Positions 11,614 to 24,448 of a stretch of 64,000 bases of DNA are shown piece by piece. The DNA is from Scyliorhinus canicula. Its lineage: Eukaryota. Made by a program: the position numbers and the translations under genes. Location of the stretch: assembly GCF_902713615.1 (NCBI RefSeq), contig NW_024055431.1:1-64000 (forward strand), read 5' to 3'. Numbering within the stretch: position 1 is the first letter of the stretch; every line of letters starts with the position of its first letter. Under the pieces are notes generated by a model that saw only the letters and a program-made list of their open reading frames with translations, was not told the DNA's origin and did not search any database.

Positions 11614-12765
11614 ACCACAGGTTTCTGGGTCACAGCTGCTGTCTGTTGAGAGCTGTTTATAACAGCGGCTCAGACTGAAGCGTGAATGGTTTCCTGTGAG
11701 CACAGACCCCGAGCATTGTGCTCCATATCAAATCGTTCACATCGAAGACAGAATCAGTCCGATTATTGCATTTACTGAGAGCGGAATTAGTTGATGTTGA
11801 TACGAGGATATCGGAGAACTGGCCACAACCACTGAGAAAGTAAACTGTGCAGGTGGCCGGGAACTATCTATATCCCTGACCGCTGTTCAGGAAATCTCTG
11901 AGCGAAAAGTTATTTCTGGTTTGAAATACCAGTCCACAGTGCAAACCAATGGCCACTGGGTGAGAAAAGCTTAATAATTATAATAACTCAATTAAACACC
12001 TCTCGATGTTAGTGCCACTGACACATATTAAATCTAAGAATCCTTAATATTGCTGAATGTATTGTTGTTTCCCCGACATTGCTGTTCTTACCATTGTTCT
12101 GATGCGCACAATACGAAACACTTCGACAATTAATTTCAGCAATGCTCAGGTCTGTGCTACCAAACAACCACTCCTTAATATAGAAAAAGTGCAGAGGTTA
12201 TATTCCGAACATGATTAGGAGCTGATGAAGAATGATTCATCAGTAAATTATCCATAGGGACAGACTTGGTGTTCTAGGCACCTGGACTCATGGTAACAAA
12301 ACCATCTGACTATAACAACCGAATAGAAATGAACATCACAGAGTTTTCCATCAGCACCAGAAGCGCTTTGGGAAATCTGAACACATCGGGTAAGGGCTGC
12401 CTTTCTGCACAAATACATTCTTTGTACATTTGACCTGAGCACCCCTCAGTGTTACATACCCGCTGCTGCATTTACCTGGTGTGTGAAAAACTGGTTCACA
12501 ATGTCAATGCCAAATCAGCATTTTTGTCACAATATCTTCAAGCTGGAAACCGAAATAAATACTGTAATATTTTGGATGTAAAATAAGCAGAATAAACCAT
12601 CCCTAGCGCGGCATCTGCTGCTCTCGGCTTGTGCATAATTTGTGCATAATTTCAATCAGAAATATCTGCTGATAAGTTCATAAAGTCTAGCTTTCCCCCG
12701 CTATTCTCTTTGTCACACTGTGGCAGTGTTTTTGTACGAGTCTCCCTCTGGTTGCTGTCGCTGTT

Positions 12766-13436
12766 TCTCTCAGTCCGCAGTAATACACCGCGCTGTCAGA
12801 CAGCCGCAGCTCCCGGATGCTGAAATTCCCCTCACTTCTCGAAGTATCCAGAGATGCTGAAAATCGAGTCCCCACACCCACTGCCCTGGAAACAGCTCCG
12901 TAGCTATGGATGTAGATCAAAAATTTGGGGAATTTACCCACGTCCTGCCGGTACAGCTGTAACGAATATGAAGTAGCTGTGGTCGAATAGCTGTAATTGA
13001 TGGTCAGCGAGTCTCCATCACACGTTGTCGTTGTAAACGGCTCCTGTGAGACCGAGTCTGTACTTCTAACACCTGCAGAAATTTACAAATAGGGAACTTT
13101 TTTTTTAATTATCACGATGTTATCAAGTTAACGGAATACATTGCAAAAGTAGGCGATGTACGTTTAAAAGGATAATTTCCGTATCGGTATCACGAGAAAA
13201 GTTGGGAACTTACCAGTTGAAAATGAAAATGAAATGAAAATCACTTATTGTCACGAGTAGGCTTCAATGAAGTTACTGTGAAAAGCCCCTAGTCGCCACA
13301 TTCCGGCGCCTGTCTAGGGAGGCTGGTTCGAGAATTGAACCGTGCTGCTGGCCTGCTTGGTAAGCCAGCGATTTAGCCCAGCCCCTATTAAGAGAGCTGC
13401 AGCTGCGAGGAATGTTTAAAAGGTAACAGCCAACAT
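12766..13436 (-). pseudogene. TRAV/TRDV: TCR V segment, family 2 copy 1 (leader and RSS inactivated, V exon 13072-12766 open)
   Basis: Leader reads MLAVTF* (TAA) and is split by a ~170-bp insertion (13219-13389). V exon reads GVRSTDSVSQEPFTTTTCDGDSLTINYSYSTTATSYSLQLYRQ...DSAVYYCGLR. The heptamer is mutated to AACAGCG (12765-12759); nonamer ACAAAAACA. Confidence 0.92.
13219..13389. mobile_element. Short retroelement fragment inserted in the family 2 copy 1 leader exon
   Basis: Absent from the paralogous leader at 24899-24950. The same TTGTCACAAGTAGGCTTCAATGAAGTTACTGTGAAAAG element recurs near 18260, 25500, 32770, 47320 and 53270. Confidence 0.85.
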
Positions 13437-13495
13437 GTTCACTGAGCTGGTGGTGGATTTAAACAGAGTGAGTTAAAGCTGAATTGTTTCAGATA

Positions 13496-14629
13496 CCCTC
13501 CGTATGCACAGGATCTGCTCAGACGAGGAGGAGTGCAACAGACATGTACAGATGCTGAAAGATGCCCTCGTACGAACGGGATATGGCGCTCGACTCATCG
13601 ATCGACGGTTCCAACGCGCCACAGCAAAAAACCGCACTGACCTTCTCAGAAGGCACACAGGACACAACCGACAGAGTACCCTTCGTCGTCCAGTACTTTC
13701 CCGGAGCGGAGAAACTACAATATCTTCTTCACAGCCTTCAACACGTCATCGATAAAGATGAACATATTGCCAAGGTCATCCCCCTACCCCACTACTTGCC
13801 TCCAAACAACCGCGCAACCTCAAACAATCCATTGTTTGCAGCAAACTACCCAGCCTTCAGAACAGCGACCACAACACCACACAACCCTGCCGTGGCAATC
13901 TCTGCAAGACGTGCCAGATCATCGACATGGGTACCACCATTACACGTGGAAACACCACCCACCAGGTATGCGGCACATACTCGTGCGACTCGACCAATGT
14001 AGTCTACCTCTTACGCTGCAGGAAAGGATGTCCCGAAGCGTTGGACATTGGCAGGACATGCAGACGCTGCGACAATGAATGAACGGGCATCGTGCGACAA
14101 TCACCAGGCAGGAATGTTCCCTTCCAGTCAGGGAACACTTCAGCAGTCAAGGGCATTCAGCCTCTGATCTCCGGGTAAGCGTTCTCCAAGGCGGCCATCA
14201 GGAAATGCGCGATAACGCAGAATCGCTGAGCAGAAACTTATAGCCAAGTTCCGCACACATGAGTGCGGTCTCAACTGGGACCTGGGATTCATGTCACAAT
14301 ACATCCATCCCCCACCATCTGGATTGGGCTTGCGAAATCGCACCAACTGTCCGGGCTTGAGACAATTCACACCTCTTTAACCTGGGGTTACCCTTATCTC
14401 TGGATCTGTAAAGACTTAATTACCTGCAAATGCTCGCATTCTAAGCATTGTCTGGCATCTTTGAATTTGTCTATATATTTTTATGTTTGAGGAACATACC
14501 TCTCATTCACCTGAGGAAGGAGCAGTGCTCCGATAGCTAGTGTTTGAAACAAACCTGTTGGACTTTAACCTGGTGTTGTAAGACTTCCTACTGTGCTCAC
14601 CCCAGTCCAACACCGGCATCTCCACATCG
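13496..14629 (+). mobile_element. 5'-truncated Penelope-like (GIY-YIG) retroelement
   Basis: Frameshifted RT C-terminal/endonuclease-like peptides (RICSDEEE...LKDALVRTGY; RVPFVVQYFPGAEKL) and a pLTR-type 3' end. 12-bp target-site duplication TTGTTTCAGATA at 13484-13495 and 14630-14641. Absent from unit 2. Confidence 0.88.
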
Positions 14630-15376
14630 TTGTTTCAGATAAGACTTGATAAGCTGTTGAGTCATATCTCACCTCGCTACTGATTCGTTCATTCCTGACA
14701 GAATGTGTAGGTGACACCCAATCATCCCTCAGCTCTTATGTCCTACCTTTCAGCCAATCAGCTCAGAGTTACTTTGTTCTCAACTCCATGACGTCAGAAC
14801 AAGGAACCTGGAACCACATGAAACTGTTCTCAGAACCATGAACCGAACATAATATCATCAGAGAATAAGAAACAGGAGCTGCAGTGGACCATTTGCTCCT
14901 TCACTTGGGCCTGCTCAGCCATTCAATAAGATCATGGCTGATCTAACTCACATCCACCTTCCTGCACTATCGCAAAAATGTCGTATTTGACATAATATCG
15001 CAGATTATTTGGAACCCTCCTTGAATAAACTGAGCGACTGAACAACTTAGTTCCTAACGGGCATTAAATCAAATGCTGGTTCTTTATCGGGGTTAATATT
15101 TAAGGTGGAGCACGGATTGGTAACGGTTCATGTATTTCCGATAACAGAACCAGAGTTCTCCATTTAGAGCTCACCGAGGAGACCAGGAAAACTACCGTAA
15201 ATCGGGATTTTACACACAATGAAAAACATTCAGCACCAGAGAAAGAGATCATCTGGGCAAGCTGTTATTTCTAATATAGTTTTGTTTGTACTAATAGTAC
15301 AAACGGATTCAGTGAGAGGAGGTGAGAGTGCCTTGCCGGTTTTTGTACGAAGTGACTGTGCCTGTGTAACAGTGTG

Positions 15377-15813
15377 GGTCTCAGAGCACAGAGATACACG
15401 GCAGAGTCAGAGACACGGACCTCGGTGATATTTAAAGGAACGGTTTTCCTATTCTGGTCCAAATCAGCAGAAAACCGGTCTTGGAAATCGGAAGTCCTTT
15501 CTCCAGTCCCCGTGCTACATTTCTTCAGTAGATATCTCGGAGCTTCACCGGAATACTGGATGTACCAGAAGAGAGTCAGGACAGTGACATCTGTTTTGTA
15601 ACTGCAGTTCAATATTGCCGTCTGTCCTTCCTGAACCGGTAATTCAGGCGGCTCCTGGGAAACTGAATCTTGGCCGCTGGTTCCTGTAACAAGATATAGA
15701 ATGTGTCAGAAATCTGGGAGTAAATATAACGCATGAAACAACATTGAGGAAACAACATCAGACTCACCGGACGGCAAGACCATTATTGTCAGAAAAGCAC
15801 ACAGGGAGCACGT
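15377..15813 (-). pseudogene. TRAV/TRDV: TCR V segment, family 3 copy 1 (open V exon 15683-15377, initiator ATG lost)
   Basis: Leader begins ACG where the paralogue has ATG. V exon reads GTSGQDSVSQEPPELPVQEGQTAILNCSYKTDVTVLTLFWYIQY...DSAVYLCALR. RSS CACACTG-23-ACAAAAACC at 15376-15338. Confidence 0.88.
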
Positions 15814-16713
15814 GCTTCTTGACGGGACAGTAAACAGCGGCACTGTTTCAAATATGTTACTGCGTCGAGCCTAATGTCAAAGAGTAAACTCCGACCAACT
15901 CTTGGGAAACTGAGAGGCGTCTCTCAGTGCTGCGATTGGCTGGTCTCTCAGCTCTGACGCCAGCTGTGGACCAATCACTGTTAGCTGGGGATTTATTGCG
16001 GCTGGTTCTAGCCAATCACATTCCAATCCTGACTGTGCGTTTTGGTCTTTCTTACTCACTTTCTATGCGTCACATTATCAGCCATTCTGCTTCTTTCTCC
16101 GTTTAAATCGTCTTGCTTCGATCTCAGTGTTTACATCCGTCCTGAGATAGATATTTTTCTCTATTTATGGTGAAAGGTTAAATAAATATCTTATAATCAG
16201 TCAAGTGCCATCCAGTGCATGAAATATAATGAATAATTATTGATTTAAAGGTTCCCGGGATACATAGTCACCCAATTCCACACCAAGATGCATTTCCACT
16301 GGGGTCTCTTGTACCGGTAAAGTACTGATTTCAGTCAGTATTTATTTCTGCCCTAGGGAATTTAGAATGTGACATCTCTGAAATTAGATCACTTTTAAAA
16401 GGCGCGGCCTGAGAAATTGTCACCTGATCTGGAACGTTTAAAGTTACAGATAGATTCAGTTATTCACCCAGGAGATCTGCAGGTTTGTGCGAATGGGGTC
16501 GTGAAATTATGGAATTTGATCCTGGAGTTATATAACATGATACACTTCCCAATAGTGACAATCATTGACCTCAGGGAGGGAAACCATTCAGATGGAGCTG
16601 CATTGTCCCGTTCATTATCTGAACATTGTCTATGGGAATTCCTGATACCGAGCCCTTGATTGTCGACCTGCTCCAGTTTTTGTATGAGCCCCGCCGGGCC
16701 CTCATCCACTGTG

Positions 16714-17196
16714 GGTCTCAGCGCGCAGTAATACACGGCGCTATCTGTCATCTTCAAATCTGTCACAGACAAGTGAAAAGTACTTTGTGTCGGGTTGTGT
16801 TTCCCGCTGAAGTGTTCAAAGCCTGGAACCGCCTCGTTATACCCAGAACTATCGGCTCTGAGCTGATACTGCGGAGCTTGGTCTGGATACTGGCGATACC
16901 AAAACAGACTATAGTCTGTTGCTGAATTCGATACCGAGTAACTGCAGGGTATTGCTGAATCTTCACCCTCTTCTGCATCGACTCTTTCTTCTGACTGGGA
17001 AACTGAGTCTCCCTTACCCATCCCTGAAAATATAGAAACGGCACAAAGCGGGTTAGAAGGAGTAAGGTGAGGAGGGTGAGTACGAGGAGCTAGAAATAAG
17101 AACACATTTGGCAATTGGGGGATTTCGAACAGAGGTTCAATATAACCAACCTGTGATCAGGACAACAACCAGAGACAGGCAGAGTATCAGCCCCAT
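16714..17196 (-). CDS. TRAV/TRDV: TCR alpha/delta V segment, family 4 copy 1 (intact); exons 17196-17151 and 17023-16714
   Basis: Leader MGLILCLSLVVVLIT with GTTGGT donor. V exon reads GMGKGDSVSQSEERVDAEEGEDSAIPCSYSVSNSATDYSLFWYRQYPDQAPQY...TDSAVYYCALRP. RSS CACAGTG-23-ACAAAAACT at 16713-16675. Confidence 0.94.
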
Positions 17197-20100
17197 GGTT
17201 CGTGTCTGAACTTCAGAAACAGACAGTTTTCACTGACTGTATCAGACCTGCAATTGGAGAAGATGAAACAGTTCTGGAGATGTTATGAGTTCGAATCCGA
17301 TTTCTTCGCTCCGCCCACTTTCACGTCTTAAAGCAGTCGCTTCCTCTGGAACTGTTCGGTGATGTTTGATAAATGATCAGAGAGCGCCCTCCAATGGACA
17401 GAAAAATCGTCTATTGGAAACACACACGCACACGTGCAACGACATGTACGTAAAACATCTACACAGACATGCACAGACACTGGAATAAATTCCAACATGT
17501 GTTGACATGATTTTCGATTACATATTAGTCTCAATTGTCAACGATGTAAGTAAGTGAATAGGTCCACCTCCCGTGTTCAGCAAGAGCCTCGTTTACAGCA
17601 CAAAATCAACACAAACATAGACACAGAGACACGTAAACACAGTGATAGATCCCCAAACTAATCTCTCAAACAGACACACAGCCAACCATTAAAGTATATA
17701 AGCAACTAGATTAACCTAGCCATAGAAACACAAAAGAGAAATACCGTCAGAGACACTATCAAAATCCTTGGACGTTTCAGAGTGAGCTTTCTAAAATGGA
17801 ATTTCCTGAGGTTGTCAGTATGGTACTATAGTGCTAGATAGTAATCCTGGGATGTATTTCTCATTAACCATGAGGATCAATTTATAAAAACGACTACACT
17901 GTGGGCTCTTTTGGAGAAAAGGCTTGAATGGATGGGTTTATATTTTGCAGACAGGTGCATTCTGGATGTATCTGTGATGTGAATGAGGCCGGTGAGGAAA
18001 GGATACAAGCTGCACCCATTCCCGAGGTCTTGGATCGGATTTTAGGCAAAGATGTTGACAGCACAAGAAGACTGATTCCGTGGGCGGCCGGTAAGTGGGG
18101 TTCACGCGGACAGCGCCAAAGTTTACAGGCAACTCATTGAAATCCCATTGTTGTTTTGATGCCGAATGTCTCAGGGATTCTATGTGTTAAAGGAAACCTG
18201 TCAAATTCTTCTCATTTTGTCTGTAAATTGGACATTCTGAATTCTCCCTCCGTGTACCCGAACAGGCGCCGGAGTGTGATGACTAGGGGCGTTTCACAGT
18301 AACTTCATTGCAGTGTTAATGTAAGCCGACTTGTGACACTAATAATGAATATTGTTATGAAATGAGGCTAAAGCGTTAAGAAGGGATGATGTGGAGTCGA
18401 AATGAATACAGAGCAGTAAATGTTCATTTCCTTTTCAAGCAATGGAAATAATTAATCAGGATTTTAAGTTTGATTAATTTCACTTCAGGTTTAGGTTATT
18501 AGGTCCATTCAATTGCTCAGATCATCACATTTCAACGCGTGGTTCCCATAGCTACACATTCCCCCGTTCAACTAAGGTAATCAGAAAAATAAATTAACAG
18601 CACTTGAGGCACTTTGCCATTTAGCTGACTTTAACCTACACTAATCTGCAATTAGCTGCAACTTGAATTCTGGGACCACCAGTGAAGGTGATGAACTGGT
18701 ACATCAGTGGAAATGCTTTGTTGATAAATTAAGCCGTGCGAGGATTTATTAAGGGCAAATCGTTATTAATTAAGTTGTTTAAGTGTTCTGATGAGAAGCA
18801 GAGATGGTTGATCTGAGTATTGCTGTTGATGAACTTCCAAATAACATTTGATAATGTGCTGCAGCGCCACCTTGTGAGCAACAATGGAGCTCCTGGGATA
18901 AAATGGGCAGCAGCAAGATCGAAAGGAAATTTCCAGGAAACATTTAACAGTGTAGACCAGCTGTTTTTCGGAGTGAAGGGAGATTTGTAGTGAATGTTCC
19001 AGGGATCAGCATTGCGGCATTTTATATGACATATTAATGACCTGGACCTTGGCTGAGAGGGGCGATTTTCAATATCTATGGATGATATGAAATGTGACAA
19101 CATTGCGAACCATCGGTCGGATAATGTACAACTTCAAAACAACAAGGACAGGTTTGTGAAATGGGCGGGAAATTGGCAGATTAAATTTAGTGCAGAAAAG
19201 TGTGAAATAATTCAAATGTCCTGCAGAATGCAGAAAGGCAAAATAAAACAAAACGAATAATTCAGGATCGGAGGGAGCTTTGACAAAGGGTCATCTGGAC
19301 TCGAAACGTTAGCTCTTTTCTCTCCTTACAGATTATATAATAATAATATTCAATGTCACAAGTAGGCTTACTTTTCAATGAAGTTACTGTGAGAATTGCC
19401 AGACATGCTGAAATTTTCCAGCATTTTCTCTTTTGGTTTTTGATTCCAGCATCCACAATAATTTGCTTTTATCAGAGAGACCTGTATGTATATGTTGATA
19501 AATTACTGATGAGGGTAGGACAATTGTGAGACCGGTCATTAAAACAATTAATGGGAATTATCAATGGGTATATAAAATACAGAGGAAAGGACATTACGTT
19601 AAACTTGTATTAAATCCTGAACCTACTGAACTGAAGCAGTATGGGTATCACACTTCGGGGAGAATGTGCGTCATTAGGGTGGTTGCAGAAAATGCCCACG
19701 GGAATGGCTCCAGAGATTAGCAACTTAATCTCCGAAAATAGATTGGACAAATTGCGACTATTTCCCTTGACCATTACGTTACGAAGTGATCTGACGGAGA
19801 TATTCAAAATCATGAGGGCTCTAGACAGAGTAGATATGGAGGAACCTATCCCACTGGTGAGAGGGCCGAGTACCTGAGGTCACAGATTGAAGGAATTGGG
19901 GAAATAAGCTTGGAGACATGAGGACAAACAGTTTCAACCAGTGAGTGGTTAGGATGTGGACCGGACTGTCCGTTTGTGTGGTGGTGGTAGGGTTTATTGA
20001 TGCTTTCAAAACAGAATTAGATTATAATCTCAAATAGAAAAACAATGCTAGAGTACGGGGAAAATAATGGCATTCCGCAAATTGCATCATTAGAGGGCCG

Positions 20101-20739
20101 ACTCATATATGACGGTCCAAACGGCCTTCTTCTCTACTTAAAACACCCTCTGACTATGTTTAATGGGAACGGCAGTGGGTTAGCTAGCATGTCACTGGGC
20201 CAGTAATTGAGATGTCCAGCCTCAGTCACTGAGGCCGTGTTCAAATCCTGCTCCAGCTGACAGTGTGCTTGAAAAATGCCCTGTAACTTACCAGGTAACA
20301 TGGCGAACAAACGCTAGCCTTGCCTGTGAGGGCCACATCTAATGAAATATATTTTAAAAATCAATAACTGCAATAGCAAGGTTTCGCCAGTTGGTGGCAG
20401 TGACACCGTGATTGCTGACATTACATGAAGCAGAGAATTTCTCAATTGTGACTGCCAAGGACCCTGGATACTGTCTCTTATATTAGGTTAGGTCAGGTTC
20501 CTGATTTTATGACAGCAGTTCTCAGTTGTTACTGGGGTCAATCTCAGCTGTTAACATGATAAACTAAGGCCCATTTTATATTACACTGTATTGAGGAGGT
20601 TACGATAGCATGCAATCGGTTTTTATAATGTCCATGTCTGAATTGTTACTTCAGTAGACTCAACTGATACTAACCAGAACTAGCTCCTGTTTTTATTGCC
20701 TGAGGCATTGGTTCAATTATTGCTTTACCTGAAGCTGCC

Positions 20740-21349
20740 ACGTTCCTCAGGGTAGTGGTCTGGGCCCAACCATCTCCAGCTGCTTCATGAATGGCCTATT
20801 GTCCATCACAAGGAGAAAAGTGAGGATGTTCGCTGGTGACTGCACAATGTTCAACACCGTTTGTGACTCATTAGATGCAATCCATGTCAGAATGCAGCAA
20901 GATCTGTACTATATTCAGGCTTGGGCTAACAAGTGGCGTGCAGGCAGTGGCCCGATCTCACAAGGGAAGATCGAGCCATCTCCCCTTGACATTCAATGGC
21001 ATTACAACGGAATCCCAGTATTAACATCCGTTGACCGGAAACTGAACTGGTGAACTCGCTGAACTAGCCATATAAATACTGTTGCGACCTGAATAGGTGA
21101 AAAGCGAGGAATCCTTCTGCACGTAACTCACTTCCTTACTCCCCAAAACCTGTCCACCATCTACAGGGCACAAGTCAGGAGTGTAATGGAATACCCTCCA
21201 CTTGTCTGGGTTAGTGCAGCTCCAGCAACACTCGAGAAGCTCTCCATCCAGGAGAGAGCAGTCCGCTTGATTGCTAACCCTTCTAAAAACATTAAATCAA
21301 TCCGCACCGACGAATACTGGCAGCTTTCTGCCCCCACATAAAAGATGCA
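20740..21349 (+). mobile_element. L2/CR1-clade LINE RT fragment truncated at the duplication junction
   Basis: VPQGSGLGPT and VRMFAGDCTMF motifs; the paralogous copy continues past 32142. Confidence 0.75.
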
Positions 21350-21653
21350 AAAGATACAGAAGTCTGAGAACACGCACGAACAGACTCAAAAATAGCTTCT
21401 TCCCCGTTTTTACCAGACTCCTAAATTACCCTCTAATAGACTGACCTCATTAACACTACACCCCTGTATGCTTCATCCGATGCTGGCCTTTACGTAGTTA
21501 CATTGTGTCCCTCGTGTTGCCCTATTATGTAATTTATTTTATTTTGTTTTATTTTATTTTCACGAACTTAATGATCTGTTGAGCGGCTTGTACATAAATA
21601 CTTTTCACTGTACCTCGGTACACGTGACAATAAACAAATCCATCCAGTCATCC
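21350..21653 (+). mobile_element. 5'-truncated LINE 3' end (Rex1/Babar-like) at the duplication junction
   Basis: Encodes RYRSLRTRTNRLKNSFFP, then a 3' UTR and an ATCC-type tail. A related copy lies at ~43667-43938. Confidence 0.7.
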
Positions 21654-21971
21654 ACATTCAGCACTTGTATTTTCTTCCTTCAAGACTGTTTATTTCAGGT
21701 GAACCGAAGGTAAAAATCAATCTCACATCAATTAGGGATCAAGCTGTGTGTGTTTTCTCGTCACACTCTGATCAGCAGAATGTAATAAACATTTGTGGTT
21801 AAGTAGGTGGCGTCAGACCAATCAGATCCAACTCACTAAGCTCTTCCGCTCATTCGGTCCGTAGGTAGTGACATCAGAGCATCCTCAGCCAATGCTGTCA
21901 GCTTGATCTTGTTGCGTATTCTGCAGGGATTCTGAGACAGAATTAGTCCCTGGAATCCAGGACCAGCAGGA

Positions 21972-23222
21972 ATGCAGATCCCCGTTCCCGCTGTGATCTG
22001 GGTACCATTCATTGTTGGTAAGACATTAAAAAATTTTTTAACTTAATTCCTGGAGCAATAAATTTGGAAATCAGTAGACCCGTGTTAAACAAGTATCGGA
22101 CCTCCCTGAGAGCACACGAGTCTATGCCCCAGTCCCTTCCTTGCAGGAGTTTATGTTGGCAAAGCATACGCGATTTAGAGTGACGACACCGAATTGGAGG
22201 ATGGCATCTATCAGAAAGCAATGTAACTGCTCTGGGTTTTTTTTTCTGTACTAAGGGGAAGTCAACCTTGATGTCCTTACAATGATAATTCCACAGGTTC
22301 TAAATCTCGATGCCAGAAATTGTTTTTTTTTAATTTAGAGTGGCCAATTGTTTGATTCCAATTAAGGGGTAATTTAGCATGGCCAATCCACCTGACCTGC
22401 ACATCTTTGGGTTGTGGGGGTGAAACCCAAGAAGACATGGGGAGAACGTGCAAATTCCACACGGACAGTGACCCAGTGCCGGGTTCGAACCTGCGTCCTC
22501 AGCGCCGCAGTCCCAGTGCTACCCACTGCGCCACATGGCGCCCTGGTGCCAGAAATCTAAGCACCACCAAATTCTGTAACTGGGAGATCAGGAGTAACCA
22601 GTTGAGAAAGAGAGTCGGTAAAATGTGGCTCAAATTGACAAAAGGAAGAGCTCAGGAGCGGAATAAAGACATTTAAAGGGAAACTAGATAAACAGATGAG
22701 GGAGAAAGGGACGGAGGGATTTGCTGATACAATGAGATGAGGAGAGACAGAGGATTCTCCTGAGGATTGTAAACACTGACATGAAGCAATCTGTCCGAAT
22801 CAGCTTTCTTGTACTCTAAATTCTATCTATTTGTATATTACACCGACCGAATTTTCACTCAGTTCAGTTCAGTTGAATTTTTAATCAATGATTTCCGCTT
22901 TCTATAACCGTATGTTGCAGGTCTGAGCGATGTAGATTCTGTTACTCAGCGGGAATCCTCACTCACACAGACAGAGGGAGAAGATGTCACTCTAACCTGC
23001 ACCTACACCGGCGGTGCTGTATACTTATTCTGGTACCGGCAGTACCCAGGCAGACAGCTTCAGTTTGTGATCCAGAAGAACACGGGCATCGGTTCTGAAT
23101 TGAAGGCGGATTTCGCTCAAGGCTGGTTTTCTGATGAAGTTCAGCAGTCCGACAAGTTGTACGGATTGACCATCCCTGAGCTGCGGCTGTCTGACACCGC
23201 GGTCTATTACTGTGCACAGTCT
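21972..23222 (+). CDS. TRAV/TRDV: TCR alpha/delta V segment, family 1 copy 2 (open); exons 21972-22017 and 22921-23222
   Basis: Leader MQIPVPAVIWVPFIV. V exon reads GLSDVDSVTQRESSLTQTEGEDVTLTCTYTGGAVYLFWYRQYPGRQLQF...LSDTAVYYCAQS. RSS CACAGTG-23-ACAAAAACT at 23223-23261. Confidence 0.9.
22321..22546 (-). mobile_element. SINE inserted in the intron of family 1 copy 2
   Basis: 10-bp TSD TGCCAGAAAT at 22311-22320 and 22547-22556; absent from the copy 1 intron. Confidence 0.9.
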
Positions 23223-24448
23223 CACAGTGATGGTAACGAGGGAAAGCCTGGGACAAAAACTGCCGCAGGTTTCTGGGTCACAGCTGCTGTCTGTTGAGAG
23301 CTGTTTATAACAGCGGCTCAGACACTGACACCTGAATACATTCATGTGCGCACAGACCATGGGCACAATCCATATAAACACCATCTAAAATCTTTCACAT
23401 GGAAGACAGAATCAGTCCGATTATTGCATTTACTGAGAGCAGAATGAGTTGATGCTGATATGAGGATATCTGAGAACTCGCCACAACCATCGAGAAAGTA
23501 AACTGCAGGTGGCCGGGAGCCTTTTATATCCCTGACCGCTGTTCAGGAAATCTCTGAGGGACAAGGTATTTTTGGTTTGAAATATCAGTCGATAGTGCAA
23601 ACCAATAACCTCTGCTGAGAAAATCTTCATATGTTTTATAATAACCCCATTAACCACCTCTCAGTGTTACTGTCACTGACACGTATTAAAACTGAGAATC
23701 CTTAACATTGCTGAAAAAATACATTTTTCTGTCTCCCCTGACATTGATGTTCTTACCATTGTCCTGATGATTACAAGACGAAAAATGTCGACAATTAGTT
23801 TTAGCAATGCTCAGATCTGCGCTGCCGAACAACCAATCCTCAATACAGAAAAGGTACAGAGGTTATTTTCCGGACATGATTAGAAACTGATGAACAATGA
23901 TTCGTACGTAAATTATCCATAAGAACGGCTTTGGCGTGTTCTAGGCATTGGGGCTGATGGTAATAAAACCAACTGACTGCAAAAACCAAATGGAAAAGGA
24001 CGTCAGAGAGTTTTCCATCAGCACCAGAATCGCTCTGGGAAATCTGAACACATCGGGTAAGGCTTTCTGCACAAACAATTTGTCCATTTGATCTGAGCTC
24101 CCTCAGTTTTTTATACCCGCTGCTGCATTTACCTGGTGTGTGAAAGATATCAATGTCAAAAAAGACACCATTACCACAATGTCAATGCCAAATCAGCATT
24201 TTTGTCACAATATTTCAATTTGGAAACCGAAATAAATACTCAAATATTTAGGATGTAAAATAAGCAGAAAAAACCATCCCGAGCGCTGCATCGGTTGCTC
24301 TCTGCTTGTAATAATTTGGGTTTAATTCAATCAGAAATATCTGCTGATGCATTCATAAAGCCCAGTTTTCCCCCATCTGCCCGCTATTATCTTTGTCACA
24401 CTGTGGCTGTGTTTTTGTACGAGGCCGCCTCTGGTCGCTGTCACTGTG

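Larger units (their letters stand above)
10232..21349. repeat. Tandem segmental duplication, unit 1 (four V genes)
   Basis: Colinear with 21654-32142, from ACATTCAGCACTTGTATT (10232 / 21654) to AAAAGATGCA (21349 / 32142). Confidence 0.92.

Noticed and set aside
16464-17114. 216-aa single-exon ORF
   Set aside because: Read-through from the intron across the family-4 V exon and RSS; the real gene is the spliced leader plus V.
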